Source: an uncultured Gemmatimonadales bacterium
Lineage (GTDB): Bacteria > Gemmatimonadota > Gemmatimonadetes > Longimicrobiales > Gaopeijiaceae
Length of the DNA stretch: 64,000 nt
Reading direction: 5' to 3'
NCBI GenBank assembly: GCA_963809895.1
Contig: CAWELD010000010.1
Coordinates: 1,024,001-1,088,000, forward strand
The translations under genes were made by a program, and so were the position numbers. The notes under the pieces are model-generated. The model did no database searches. It worked only from the letters and a program-made list of their open reading frames with translations, and was not told where the DNA came from. Shown piece by piece: positions 1 through 8,752 of the stretch; position 1 is the first letter of the stretch; each line of letters begins with the position of its first letter.

Positions 1-2
1 GG

Positions 3-2600
3 GGACCCGGCGCGCGGCTCCGGCTGTGGGCGGCGACGACCATGGACACCGTGCGCACGGGGTTGTCGGAGCGCGCGTCCAGACGCGGGTATCGACGCGG
101 TCGCAGCCTGCTCCGGATCCCGCGCACGGGTCTCGTGCAGTGGGGAGCCGACCTCGCGCAGGACCTTGGGTACGCCTTGCGCTCCCTGGGGCGCGCCCGG
201 GGCTACGCCGCGGTGGTGGTGGTGACGCTGGCGCTGGGCATCGGCGCCACCACGGCTCTTTTCAGCGTCGCCTGGGGGGTGCTGCTCAAGCCGCTGCCCT
301 TCGGCTCCGGGGAGCGACTGGTGCGCCTGGTCCAGGAGCACGCGCCGGTGACCGATCAGGACCAGGGGTCCCGGCGCATGGGATTCTCCGTCAAGGACCT
401 GGAGGACTTCGGGTCCCGCACGCCGGGCCTCGAGGCCGTCGCCGAGTACCACCGCATGTCGTTCTCGTTGATCGACGGCGATGGACCCCACGAGATCAGG
501 GCGGGTGTGGTGTCGTCCAATTTCTTCGATTTTCTGGGCCTCCACGCCTTGAAGGGCCGCGTTTTCAATCCGGTGGAGGACCACCTCGGCGCCGATCCGG
601 TGCTCGTGCTCTCGTACGAGTACTGGCAGAAGCGCTGGGGGGGCGATCCCGACATCGTGGGGCAAGAGGTCCGCATGAACGGGGCGGTGCACCGGATCGT
701 CGGAGTCCTCGGTCCCACATCGCAGTTTCCGGACCGCAACGACGTCTTCCTGCCCATCTCCGTGTGCCCCATCCGCTCGAGCCCCGAGTTCATGGCGGAT
801 CGACAGTCGCGCATGATGTACGCCTATGCCCGGCTGCGTCCCGGGGTCAGTGTCTCCGACGTGCGCGGCGAGCTCCACCAGGTGGCCGAGGACCTGGAGG
901 CCAGGTACCCGGAGGCCTACGACCTGCCCTCGGGCTACGGCATCGACGCGGTGCCCCTGCGCGAGGAGATGGTGGCCGGCGCCCGGCCGGTGGTGGTGGC
1001 GCTGCTCGGCGTCTCGGGTCTCGTCCTCCTGATCGCGTGCGCAAACGCCGCGTCGCTGGCGCTGGCGCGCGGCAACCGCAGAAGCCGGGAGCTGGCCGTG
1101 CGCACCGCCCTGGGCGCTGGGAGGGGCCGTCTCGTGCGGACCCTCGTCACCGAGAGCGTTCTGCTGGCGCTGGCCGGTGGCATCGTGGGGCTCGTCCTGG
1201 CGTTCGCCGGCCACGACGTGTTGGTGCACTTCGCGGCGCGCTTCACGACGCGGGCCGGCGAGATCACGCTGGATCGTGTCATTTTGGGATTCGCGCTGAC
1301 GACGTCGGTGCTCACGGGGTTGATCTTCGGCGGTGTGCCCGGTCTGCTCGCAGGCCGTGATCCCAGGGCCACCCTGCTCGATTCCGGTGGGCCTTCGACG
1401 CCGGGAGGCCGGAATCGGCGGGCGCAGGGCCTGCTGGTGACGGTCCAGGTGGCGGTGGCGTTCGGGGTGCTGGCGGCGGCGGGGCTCATGCTCAGGAGCG
1501 CCTGGGCCGTGAGCCGTACCGGTGTGGGCTTCGCCACGGAGTCCATGGCGAGCATGCGCGTCGGGCTGGGTGGGCTCCGGTACCGCAGCCGGGCCCAGTC
1601 GGACAGCTTCTTCACGGCGCTCCAGGCGCGCATGCTGGCGCATCCGGCGGTCAGGGACGTAGCGCGCACCATGGGCTCGCCCTTCGAAGGCGGTCACGAT
1701 CACCGCGACGCCTTCTTCATCCGCAGCCCCGACGGCCGCGAGCAGAATTCGGGCGTGGGGCTCTGGCGCGGAGCCGGCGCCGACGTCTTCCGGGTGTTGC
1801 AGGTGCCGGTCCTGCAGGGAAGGGGATTCCTGCCTGGCGACACGCTGGGCGCGCCCCGGGTCGCGCTCGTCAACCAGACCTTCTACCGGCGATACCTGGA
1901 GGGTGTCGTGCCCCTGGGGAGCGAGTTGGTGCGCTGCAATTCGCCCGACGATTGCGACGCGCCCATGACCGTGGTGGGAGTGATGGCCGATGCCCGCTAC
2001 GACGGGCCCGATCAGGCCGTGTTGCCGGAAGTCTATCAGCCCACGGCGCAGTTGGACTGGGGGGGAGAGACCCTCCTCGTCCGCATCGCGGGAGACCCGC
2101 GGGCCATCGGTCCGGCGTTGACCGCGCTCGTGCACGACCTGGACCCCGACGTGCCCGTGTCGCAGTTCGCTCCACTGGAACAGCTGCGTCGCGAGAGCAC
2201 GGCTCCCCGCCGCTTCCTCGCCCTCATTTTGAGCCTGTTCGCCGTAGTGGCCGTGGGGTTGGCGGTGGCGGGCATCTTCGGTGTCGCGTCGCTGGCGGCC
2301 AGCGCGCGCCTTCAGGAGCTGGGCATCCGCCGTGCTCTCGGCGCGGCCCCAGGCTCGCTGGAAGGGCTGGTCGTGGGCGAGGCATTCCGGGTGGTGATTC
2401 CGGGCCTCCTGGCCGGCGGCGTCGCCGCCCTGGCGCTGGACACCTTCCTTGCACGCTTCGTGTGGGGGGTGGCTCCCCACGACCCTCTCACCCTCACGCT
2501 GACCGCGGTGCTTTTTCTGGGGGCGGCCGTGTTGGCCTCGTGGCTTCCCGCCCGGCGGGCGAGCCGCGTGGACGTGATGACGACGCTCAACGCGCCCTGA
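3..2600 (+). CDS. ADOP-family duplicated ABC permease (MacB/FtsX domains), probably 5'-truncated by the window edge
   Basis: Hallmark motifs QDLGYALRSL, TLALGIGATTALFS, VLLIACANAASL, ELAVRTALGAGRGRL, ELGIRRALGA, ASWLPARRA. The frame is open from position 3 to the ATG at 42, so the real start may lie upstream. Confidence 0.9.
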   Translation, partial: GPGARLRLWAATTMDTVRTGLSERASRRGYRRGRSLLRIPRTGLVQWGADLAQDLGYALRSLGRARGYAAVVVVTLALGIGATTALFSVAWGVLLKPLPFGSGERLVRLVQEHAPVTDQDQGSRRMGFSVKDLEDFGSRTPGLEAVAEYHRMSFSLIDGDGPHEIRAGVVSSNFFDFLGLHALKGRVFNPVEDHLGADPVLVLSYEYWQKRWGGDPDIVGQEVRMNGAVHRIVGVLGPTSQFPDRNDVFLPISVCPIRSSPEFMADRQSRMMYAYARLRPGVSVSDVRGELHQVAEDLEARYPEAYDLPSGYGIDAVPLREEMVAGARPVVVALLGVSGLVLLIACANAASLALARGNRRSRELAVRTALGAGRGRLVRTLVTESVLLALAGGIVGLVLAFAGHDVLVHFAARFTTRAGEITLDRVILGFALTTSVLTGLIFGGVPGLLAGRDPRATLLDSGGPSTPGGRNRRAQGLLVTVQVAVAFGVLAAAGLMLRSAWAVSRTGVGFATESMASMRVGLGGLRYRSRAQSDSFFTALQARMLAHPAVRDVARTMGSPFEGGHDHRDAFFIRSPDGREQNSGVGLWRGAGADVFRVLQVPVLQGRGFLPGDTLGAPRVALVNQTFYRRYLEGVVPLGSELVRCNSPDDCDAPMTVVGVMADARYDGPDQAVLPEVYQPTAQLDWGGETLLVRIAGDPRAIGPALTALVHDLDPDVPVSQFAPLEQLRRESTAPRRFLALILSLFAVVAVGLAVAGIFGVASLAASARLQELGIRRALGAAPGSLEGLVVGEAFRVVIPGLLAGGVAALALDTFLARFVWGVAPHDPLTLTLTAVLFLGAAVLASWLPARRASRVDVMTTLNAP

Positions 2601-2693
2601 CGGTGTGATTCGAGCCGCACAAGCTGGACGACGATGACGATGACGCGGTGGAGAGCCGCGGCGACGCACCTTCCCTCCCTGGAGGAACGACAC

Positions 2694-3617
2694 ATGACGA
2701 CGCACGCATTCGAGCGCGGTGGACGGTGGATCCTGATCGGCCTGCTGGGCCTCCTGCTGGCGCCCCTGACCGCGCGGGCCCAGTCCGACCTGGTGGTGGA
2801 TGCGGCCTGGCTGAAGCAGCACCTGCACGATCCGGGGCTGGTCCTGTTGCAGGTGGGTCCCGACAGCGCCTTCGATCAGGGGCACATCCCGGGCACGCGC
2901 TTCGTCGACTACGACAGCTGGGTCACTCGTCAGGATCCGTCGGGACTCAGGCTCCAGACGCCCGACCCCGCGGCCTTCCAGGCCCTCCTCAGGAGCCTGG
3001 GCGTCGGGGAGGACTCGGAGCTCCTGGTCTATTGGAGCGAGGAGTGGGTCACGCCCACGGCGCGCATCGTCTTCACCCTGGACTGGGCCGGGTTGGGCGA
3101 GCGCACCCATCTGCTCAACGGAGGACTGGAGGCGTGGGCGGCGGCCGGAGGTGCCGTGACCACCGATGCCACGCCCGACGCCGCGCCTGGTGACGTCGTG
3201 ATCCGCCCCCGGAACTCGCTCGTCGTCGACGCAGACTGGATCCGGGATCACGCCGACGACGGCGCCCTTCTCGATGCCCGTGCGCCCGCCGTGTACGACG
3301 GCGTCAGGGAGGACCAGGGCAAGAAGGGACATCTGCCCGGCGCCCGCAGTCTCCCGTGGCAGGAGCTCTACACCACCGACGACGGTGGCCGTGCGGTGCT
3401 CAAGGATCCCCCGGGGCTGCGCGAAGCGTTCGCGGCCCGGGGGGTGACGCCCGGCGAGCCCGTGACCGTCTATTGCCACATCGGGCAGTTCGCCACGGCC
3501 GTGATCCTGGGCGCGCGTGTGCTGGGGCACCCGGTACGCCTGTACGACGGTTCCTTCCAGGACTGGGCCGCCCGCGATCTTCCGGTGGAGACGGGGGCAG
3601 GCGGGAGAAGGCCGTGA
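2694..3617 (+). CDS. Tandem-domain rhodanese/sulfurtransferase (SseA-like) with signal peptide
   Basis: GGAGGA RBS before ATG 2694; signal-like LLGLLLAPLTARA-Q; GHIPG, LNGGLEAW, LLDAR, GHLPGA, active-site loop YCHIG and C-terminal LYDGSFQDW. Confidence 0.9.
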   Translation: MTTHAFERGGRWILIGLLGLLLAPLTARAQSDLVVDAAWLKQHLHDPGLVLLQVGPDSAFDQGHIPGTRFVDYDSWVTRQDPSGLRLQTPDPAAFQALLRSLGVGEDSELLVYWSEEWVTPTARIVFTLDWAGLGERTHLLNGGLEAWAAAGGAVTTDATPDAAPGDVVIRPRNSLVVDADWIRDHADDGALLDARAPAVYDGVREDQGKKGHLPGARSLPWQELYTTDDGGRAVLKDPPGLREAFAARGVTPGEPVTVYCHIGQFATAVILGARVLGHPVRLYDGSFQDWAARDLPVETGAGGRRP

Positions 3618-4159
3618 GTCGTCGGGCCGCCCGGCCCTTCGCGGATCCGTACCTGGCGGGCGTGGGGCTGGGTCTGGTGCTGCTGGCCGCCTTCGTGACG
3701 GCCGGCCGGGGACTGGGTGCCTCGGGAGCGTTCGCCTCACTGGCGGCCACCGCCGTCGACGCCGTCGCCCCGATCCATGCCCAGGCGCGGGCCCCCTTCG
3801 CGGGCTACCTGGGAGACGGGACGCGCTCGCCCCTGGAGGACTGGATCGTGATCGAGATGGCCGGCGTGCTCCTGGGCGGGCTGGCCTCGGCGTTGCTCGC
3901 CGGACGCTTCCGGGTGGCGGTGGAGGGAGGCACCGGGGTCGGGAATCGTGCCCGGCTGGCCCTGGCCTTCGCCGGCGGTGGCCTCATGGGGACCGGCGCC
4001 ATGCTGGCGCGCGGTTGCACCAGCGGCCTGGCGCTCACCGGTGGTGCGGTGCTGAGCGCCGGCGCCTGGATCTTCATCGTGTGTGCGTTCGGGGCGGGGT
4101 ATCTGGCGGCGCCCCTGGTGCGACGGCAGTGGCCGTCCCGGGACCGGAGGGCGCGGTGA
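3614..4159 (+). CDS. YeeE/YedE-family sulfur-compound transporter, half 1
   Basis: GTG start overlaps the upstream TGA (GTGA); PYLAGVGLG, GRGLGASG and GAMLARGCTSG motifs; hydrophobic. Confidence 0.85.
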   Translation: MSRRAARPFADPYLAGVGLGLVLLAAFVTAGRGLGASGAFASLAATAVDAVAPIHAQARAPFAGYLGDGTRSPLEDWIVIEMAGVLLGGLASALLAGRFRVAVEGGTGVGNRARLALAFAGGGLMGTGAMLARGCTSGLALTGGAVLSAGAWIFIVCAFGAGYLAAPLVRRQWPSRDRRAR

Positions 4160-4713
4160 GCGGGCTGCCCGGCGCCTTCGTGGTGGGCCTGGCCTTCGGG
4201 TGGTTCCTGGAGCGCGGGGGGATGGGTCACGCGCCGAAGCTGGCGGACCAGTTCTACCTGCGTGATCTCACGGTCTTCAAGGTCATGTTCAGCGCGCTGG
4301 TCACCGCCATGCTCGGCATCTTCTGGCTGGGTCGCATGGGGGTGATGGATCCCGGGGCCCTCTTCGTGCCCGAGACCGCACCGTTGGCGCAGACCGTGGG
4401 CGGTGTGGTCTTCGGCGTCGGGTTCGTGGTGGCCGGACTGTGCCCGGGCACGTCGTGCGTGGCGCTCTCGTCGGGACGCCTGGACGGGTTGGCAGCCGCC
4501 GTGGGCATGCTCGTCGGTGTGTATGCGTTCGGCGAGGCGTTTCCCTGGCTGGCCGACCTCTACGACGCCGCCGGGGCCCGCCCGTTGACGCTGCCCCAGG
4601 TCCTGCATGTGTCCACCGGGGTGGTGGTGTCGGCCGTCACGCTCGTGGCGCTCGGGGGATTCCTCGTGGCCGAGTGGCTGGAAGGGCGGGCGCGGCCGGG
4701 CGCCGAAGCGTGA
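4156..4713 (+). CDS. YeeE/YedE-family sulfur-compound transporter, half 2
   Basis: GTGA overlap; GLAFGWFLERGG, FYLRDLTVFKVMFSA and GLCPGTS motifs. Confidence 0.85.
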   Translation: MSGLPGAFVVGLAFGWFLERGGMGHAPKLADQFYLRDLTVFKVMFSALVTAMLGIFWLGRMGVMDPGALFVPETAPLAQTVGGVVFGVGFVVAGLCPGTSCVALSSGRLDGLAAAVGMLVGVYAFGEAFPWLADLYDAAGARPLTLPQVLHVSTGVVVSAVTLVALGGFLVAEWLEGRARPGAEA

Positions 4714-5333
4714 CCGCCCGCGAGGCTCGTCCCTGGCTCGCCGGCGCCGCCCTGACCCTGGCGCTGGCGGCCGCCTTCGTGGGAGCACCCCGGCCTGGCG
4801 TCCCGGACCCCGCCGCGCTGGCCCGCCTCCAGGACGACGGCCCGGGAGTGGTGTCGCCGGTCGCCCTGGCCGAGTGGATCCGCCAGGGCCGCAGCGACCT
4901 GCGGCTCCTGGACGTGCGGAGCCGGTCGGACTTCGAGACCTTCCATCTGCCCGGCGCGGAGCACGCGCCCCTGGACAGCCTCCCGCTCCGTAGCCCGGAG
5001 GCGGGCGTCATGGTCGTGGTCTACGGGGAGCGCGACGCCGCCGGAGGCGCCCGCCTGTTGTTGCGTGCCGCCGGACAGGCCAACGTAGTGGGTCTCGAGG
5101 GTGGCGCGCGGGCGTGGGTCGATCAGGTTCTTCGGCCCGTGCTTCCGTTCGGTGCCGACACGACCATGCGGACCACCTTTGCCCATGTGGCCGAGTTGAG
5201 TCGATATTTCGGAGGAACGCCGCGCGAAGCGGGTCCCGACGACCCGGCGGCACCGGCCTGGAGCTGGAGCGACTCGGCGTCGGTGTCCCAGTGGGCGGCC
5301 CGCGAACAGGAACGCAGGGGGTGTGGATGGTAA
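4710..5333 (+). CDS. Single-domain rhodanese-like protein with N-terminal membrane anchor and C-terminal RRGCGW tail
   Basis: GTGA overlap; LLDVRS..F...HLPGA and LEGGARAW rhodanese motifs; the active-site loop reads VVVYGE (no Cys). Confidence 0.75.
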   Translation: MTAREARPWLAGAALTLALAAAFVGAPRPGVPDPAALARLQDDGPGVVSPVALAEWIRQGRSDLRLLDVRSRSDFETFHLPGAEHAPLDSLPLRSPEAGVMVVVYGERDAAGGARLLLRAAGQANVVGLEGGARAWVDQVLRPVLPFGADTTMRTTFAHVAELSRYFGGTPREAGPDDPAAPAWSWSDSASVSQWAAREQERRGCGW

Positions 5334-6706
5334 CGGCCGAGACCGCGACAGACCGTGAATTCTTCACCGAGCTCAGGGCTCGGGAATACACGCGTCTCGA
5401 CCGGCCGCCGCATGCATATCTGGACTACACCGGCAGCGGGCTCTACGGCGAGAGTCAGCTTCGGTGGCACCGGGACTGGCTGTCGGAGCGCGTACTGGGG
5501 AATCCCCACTCGGAGAACCCGGCGTCATTGGCCTCCACCCGGGAGCTCGAGCGCGTGCGCGAGCGTGTCTTCCACTTCTTCGGGGCCGATCCCGACGAGT
5601 GGGAGCTCGTCTTCACCGCCAATGCCACCTGTGCGCTGAAGCTCGTGGGTGAGGCCTTCCCGTTCACGGCCCGATCCCGCTACGTGCTCGCCACCGACAA
5701 CCACAACTCCGTGGGCGGCATCCGGGAGTACGCGCGCCGGGCGGGCGCGCCTGTCTCGTACCTGCCCCTCGACCGGGAGCTGAGGTTGGCCGTGGGCGCG
5801 GACGATCTCCCGGCGGCCGGCAAGGACGCCTCGCTGTTGGCCTTTCCGGCCCAGTCCAACTTCTCCGGCGTCAAGCATCCCCCCGAGCTCGTCGCTGCCG
5901 CCCGGGCCCGGGGATTCCGGGTGCTGGTAGACACGGCCGCCTACGCGCCCACGAACCCGCTGCGGCTCGACGAGATGGGCCCGGACTTCGCGTGTGTGTC
6001 GTTCTACAAGATGTTCGGCTATCCCACCGGACTCGGTGCGCTCCTGGCGCGACGCGACGCCCTGGCGGAGCTGCACAGGCCGTGGTACGCCGGCGGCACC
6101 GTGGACTTCGTGTCGATCCAGAACGACGTCCATCAGTTGCGGGCGTGGGGGGGCGGCTTCGAAGACGGCACGCCGGATTTTCTGGGAATCCCGGCGCTCG
6201 AGCCGGGCCTCGATCTTCTGGAAGACGTCGGCATGGGGCGCCTGCAGCGCTGGGTGAAGGCGCTCACGGGGCGCCTTCTCGAAGGTCTGGCGCAGCTCCG
6301 TCACGCCGATGGGACTCCCGGCGCCGTGGTGTACGGGCCGCGCACGGTGGAGGGCCGAGGCGGCACGGTCGCCTTCAATCTGCTGGATCGCCGCGGCCGC
6401 CCGATCCCGTACGAAGCGGTGGAGGGAGCGGCCCGCGAGGCCGGCGTCTCGGTGCGCGGGGGCTGCTTCTGTAATCCCGGTGCGGCCGAAGTGGCCTTCG
6501 ACATGCCCGCGGCCGAGACGCGACGCTGCCTGGAGTCGCTGCGTCGAGACTTCACGCTGGCCCGCTTCCGGGCTTGTCTCGGGGGTCATGTCGCCGTGGG
6601 TGCCGTACGGGCCTCGCTCGGCATCGCCAGCGTGCCCGCCGACGTCGACCGGTCTCTCGATGTCATGCAGGCCGTCCTGGAGGGCTTCTCCCCTCGCCAG
6701 CCGTGA
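5327..6706 (+). CDS. Class-V PLP aminotransferase / cysteine desulfurase resembling the NifS-like domain of Moco sulfurase (ABA3/MOCOS)
   Basis: YLDYTG, GNPHS, FTANAT, DNHNSV, FPAQSNFSG, SFYKMFGYPTGLG (PLP Lys), FEDGT, RGGCFCNPG; no MOSC domain. Confidence 0.85.
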   Translation: MVTAETATDREFFTELRAREYTRLDRPPHAYLDYTGSGLYGESQLRWHRDWLSERVLGNPHSENPASLASTRELERVRERVFHFFGADPDEWELVFTANATCALKLVGEAFPFTARSRYVLATDNHNSVGGIREYARRAGAPVSYLPLDRELRLAVGADDLPAAGKDASLLAFPAQSNFSGVKHPPELVAAARARGFRVLVDTAAYAPTNPLRLDEMGPDFACVSFYKMFGYPTGLGALLARRDALAELHRPWYAGGTVDFVSIQNDVHQLRAWGGGFEDGTPDFLGIPALEPGLDLLEDVGMGRLQRWVKALTGRLLEGLAQLRHADGTPGAVVYGPRTVEGRGGTVAFNLLDRRGRPIPYEAVEGAAREAGVSVRGGCFCNPGAAEVAFDMPAAETRRCLESLRRDFTLARFRACLGGHVAVGAVRASLGIASVPADVDRSLDVMQAVLEGFSPRQP

Positions 6707-7977
6707 TGGAAAACCTCCGCGACATCCGGGTGCTGTACGCCCGGGAGATCCGCTCCGCGCTGCGCGAGCGGACCATCGTCGTGAATGGGATCCTCATTCC
6801 CATCTTTCTGTACCCGCTGCTGCTGTGGGCCATCTTCTCGGTGATGCTCTTCGTGGAAGGCCTGGCCGAGGGCTTCGATTCGCGAGTGGCGCTTCCGGAG
6901 CAGATCACCGCGCCCGAGCTCGTGCTGGCCCTCTCGGCCAGCGAGGGCATCGAGGTGCAGATGCGGGCCGATCAGCACGCGACCCGTGCCCGTCTCGAAG
7001 CCGGCGATCTCGACGCCATCGTCCTGGTGGGCCCCGCCACCGGGGCCGCCGCCGCCCTCCCGGACAACCGTCAGGTGCGGGTGCTCTACAACCGGGCCCA
7101 GGAGCGGAGCCGCCGCGCGCTGGCGCGGGTGGAGAGCGTGGTGGACAGCCTCCGGAACGACCGGTTGGCATCGGAGGCGCGCACCCTGGGGGTGGATACC
7201 ACCAACCTCCGGGGCTACCGGATCCTGCCGGTCAACGTGGCGACCGAGCGGGAGACGGGCCGCACGCTGCTGTCGGTGATGGTGCCGTTCTTCCTCACGG
7301 TCATGGTGGCGCTGGGGTGCTTCATTCCCGCCGTGGACACCACCGCCGGCGAACGCGAGCGGGAGACCTGGGAGACGCTGTGGACCACCGGCCCGTCCCG
7401 GGGCGCCATCGTGCTGTCCAAGTACTTCTTCGTGGCGACCATGGGCACCGTGGCGGGGGTGCTCAACGTGGTGGCGGTGTCGGCGTCGCTGGGAGGAATC
7501 CTCACCCCGCTCATGGGCTCCCGGGCCGAGGACCTGGCGTTCGCGTTCCCCACGTCGGCGATCCCGGTGATGTTGGCCGGCGCCGTGCTGCTGGCCCTCC
7601 TGTTCGCCGCCGTGATGATGGTGCTGGCCGTCTTCGCCCGGACCTTCAAGGAAGGGCAGGCCATGGTCACTCCCGCCTACTGGTTGGCGCTGGTACCGCT
7701 GGTCCTGGGCAGCTCGCCGGACCGGACGCTCACCACCGCGCTGGCGCTGGTGCCCGTGGCCAATGTGGCCATGGCCGCTCGCGACGCCATCCAGGCCAGG
7801 ATCTCGGTGGACCTGGTCGTGGTGGCCTTCTGCGTCAACGCAGCCCTCGTGGTGGCGTGCCTGATCCTCGCCAACCGTCTCGTGAACCGTGAAGAAGTCG
7901 TGACCGGTGCCTTCGAGGGGAGCCTGTGGAGTTGGCTCCGCTCTCGCCGCCGTCGATCGGCTTCCGGAGCCTCGTAG
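6706..7977 (+). CDS. NatB-like ABC-2 permease
   Basis: TGATG coupling; YAREIRSALRERT, AVDTTAGERERETWETL, FARTFKEGQ motifs. Confidence 0.85.
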   Translation: MENLRDIRVLYAREIRSALRERTIVVNGILIPIFLYPLLLWAIFSVMLFVEGLAEGFDSRVALPEQITAPELVLALSASEGIEVQMRADQHATRARLEAGDLDAIVLVGPATGAAAALPDNRQVRVLYNRAQERSRRALARVESVVDSLRNDRLASEARTLGVDTTNLRGYRILPVNVATERETGRTLLSVMVPFFLTVMVALGCFIPAVDTTAGERERETWETLWTTGPSRGAIVLSKYFFVATMGTVAGVLNVVAVSASLGGILTPLMGSRAEDLAFAFPTSAIPVMLAGAVLLALLFAAVMMVLAVFARTFKEGQAMVTPAYWLALVPLVLGSSPDRTLTTALALVPVANVAMAARDAIQARISVDLVVVAFCVNAALVVACLILANRLVNREEVVTGAFEGSLWSWLRSRRRRSASGAS

Positions 7978-7981
7978 CCGC

Positions 7982-8752
7982 ATGCCCGACTCGACACCGA
8001 CGATCGCGGTCCAAGGACTGCGCAAGACCTTCCTGGAGGCGGGCCGTGGCGAGGTGCGCGCGGTGGACGGCGTGGACTTCCACTGCAATGCCGGCGAGGT
8101 CTTCGGGCTGTTGGGTGCCAACGGTGCGGGTAAGACCACGACGCTGCGCATGCTCTCCACCGTGCTGCGTCCCAGTGGAGGCCGCGCCTCGGTGCTGGGA
8201 CACGACGTGGTCGCCGAGCCCGAAGCCGTGCGCCGGTCCCTGGGCTTCCACTCCGCGTCCACGGCGTTGTACCCGCGGCTCACGGCTCGGGAGACCCTGG
8301 AGTTCTTTGCCCGCGTGAACCGCTATCCCGCGGACCGCGTCGATGCCCGGGTGGACGAGCTCGTGGAGCGCTTCGGCATCGGCGAATTCGCCGACGCCCG
8401 GGTGGAGAAGCTCTCCAGCGGCATGAAGCAGAAGGTGGCCATCGCTCGCACCGTGGCCCACGATCCCCCGGTGCTGATCTTCGACGAGCCCACCGTCGGA
8501 TTGGACGTGCTCAACGCCATGGACCTCCTCGGCCTGGTCGAGGAGCTCCGGGACGAGGGCAAGACGGTTCTCTTCTCGACCCACATCATGAGCGAGGCCG
8601 AGCGCATCTGCGATCGCATCGCCATCCTCCACCGGGGCCGCATTCTGGCGGAAGGGACGCTGGAGGAGTTCCGGGATTCCACGGGCCTCCACTATCTACA
8701 GGACATCTTCGTCCGCTTCGTGCAGGACGCCGCCGAGCCGGCGGGCCGCTGA
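7982..8752 (+). CDS. NatA-like ABC ATP-binding protein
   Basis: Walker A GANGAGKTT, signature LSSGMKQK, Walker B LIFDEPT, H-loop STH. Confidence 0.93.
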   Translation: MPDSTPTIAVQGLRKTFLEAGRGEVRAVDGVDFHCNAGEVFGLLGANGAGKTTTLRMLSTVLRPSGGRASVLGHDVVAEPEAVRRSLGFHSASTALYPRLTARETLEFFARVNRYPADRVDARVDELVERFGIGEFADARVEKLSSGMKQKVAIARTVAHDPPVLIFDEPTVGLDVLNAMDLLGLVEELRDEGKTVLFSTHIMSEAERICDRIAILHRGRILAEGTLEEFRDSTGLHYLQDIFVRFVQDAAEPAGR

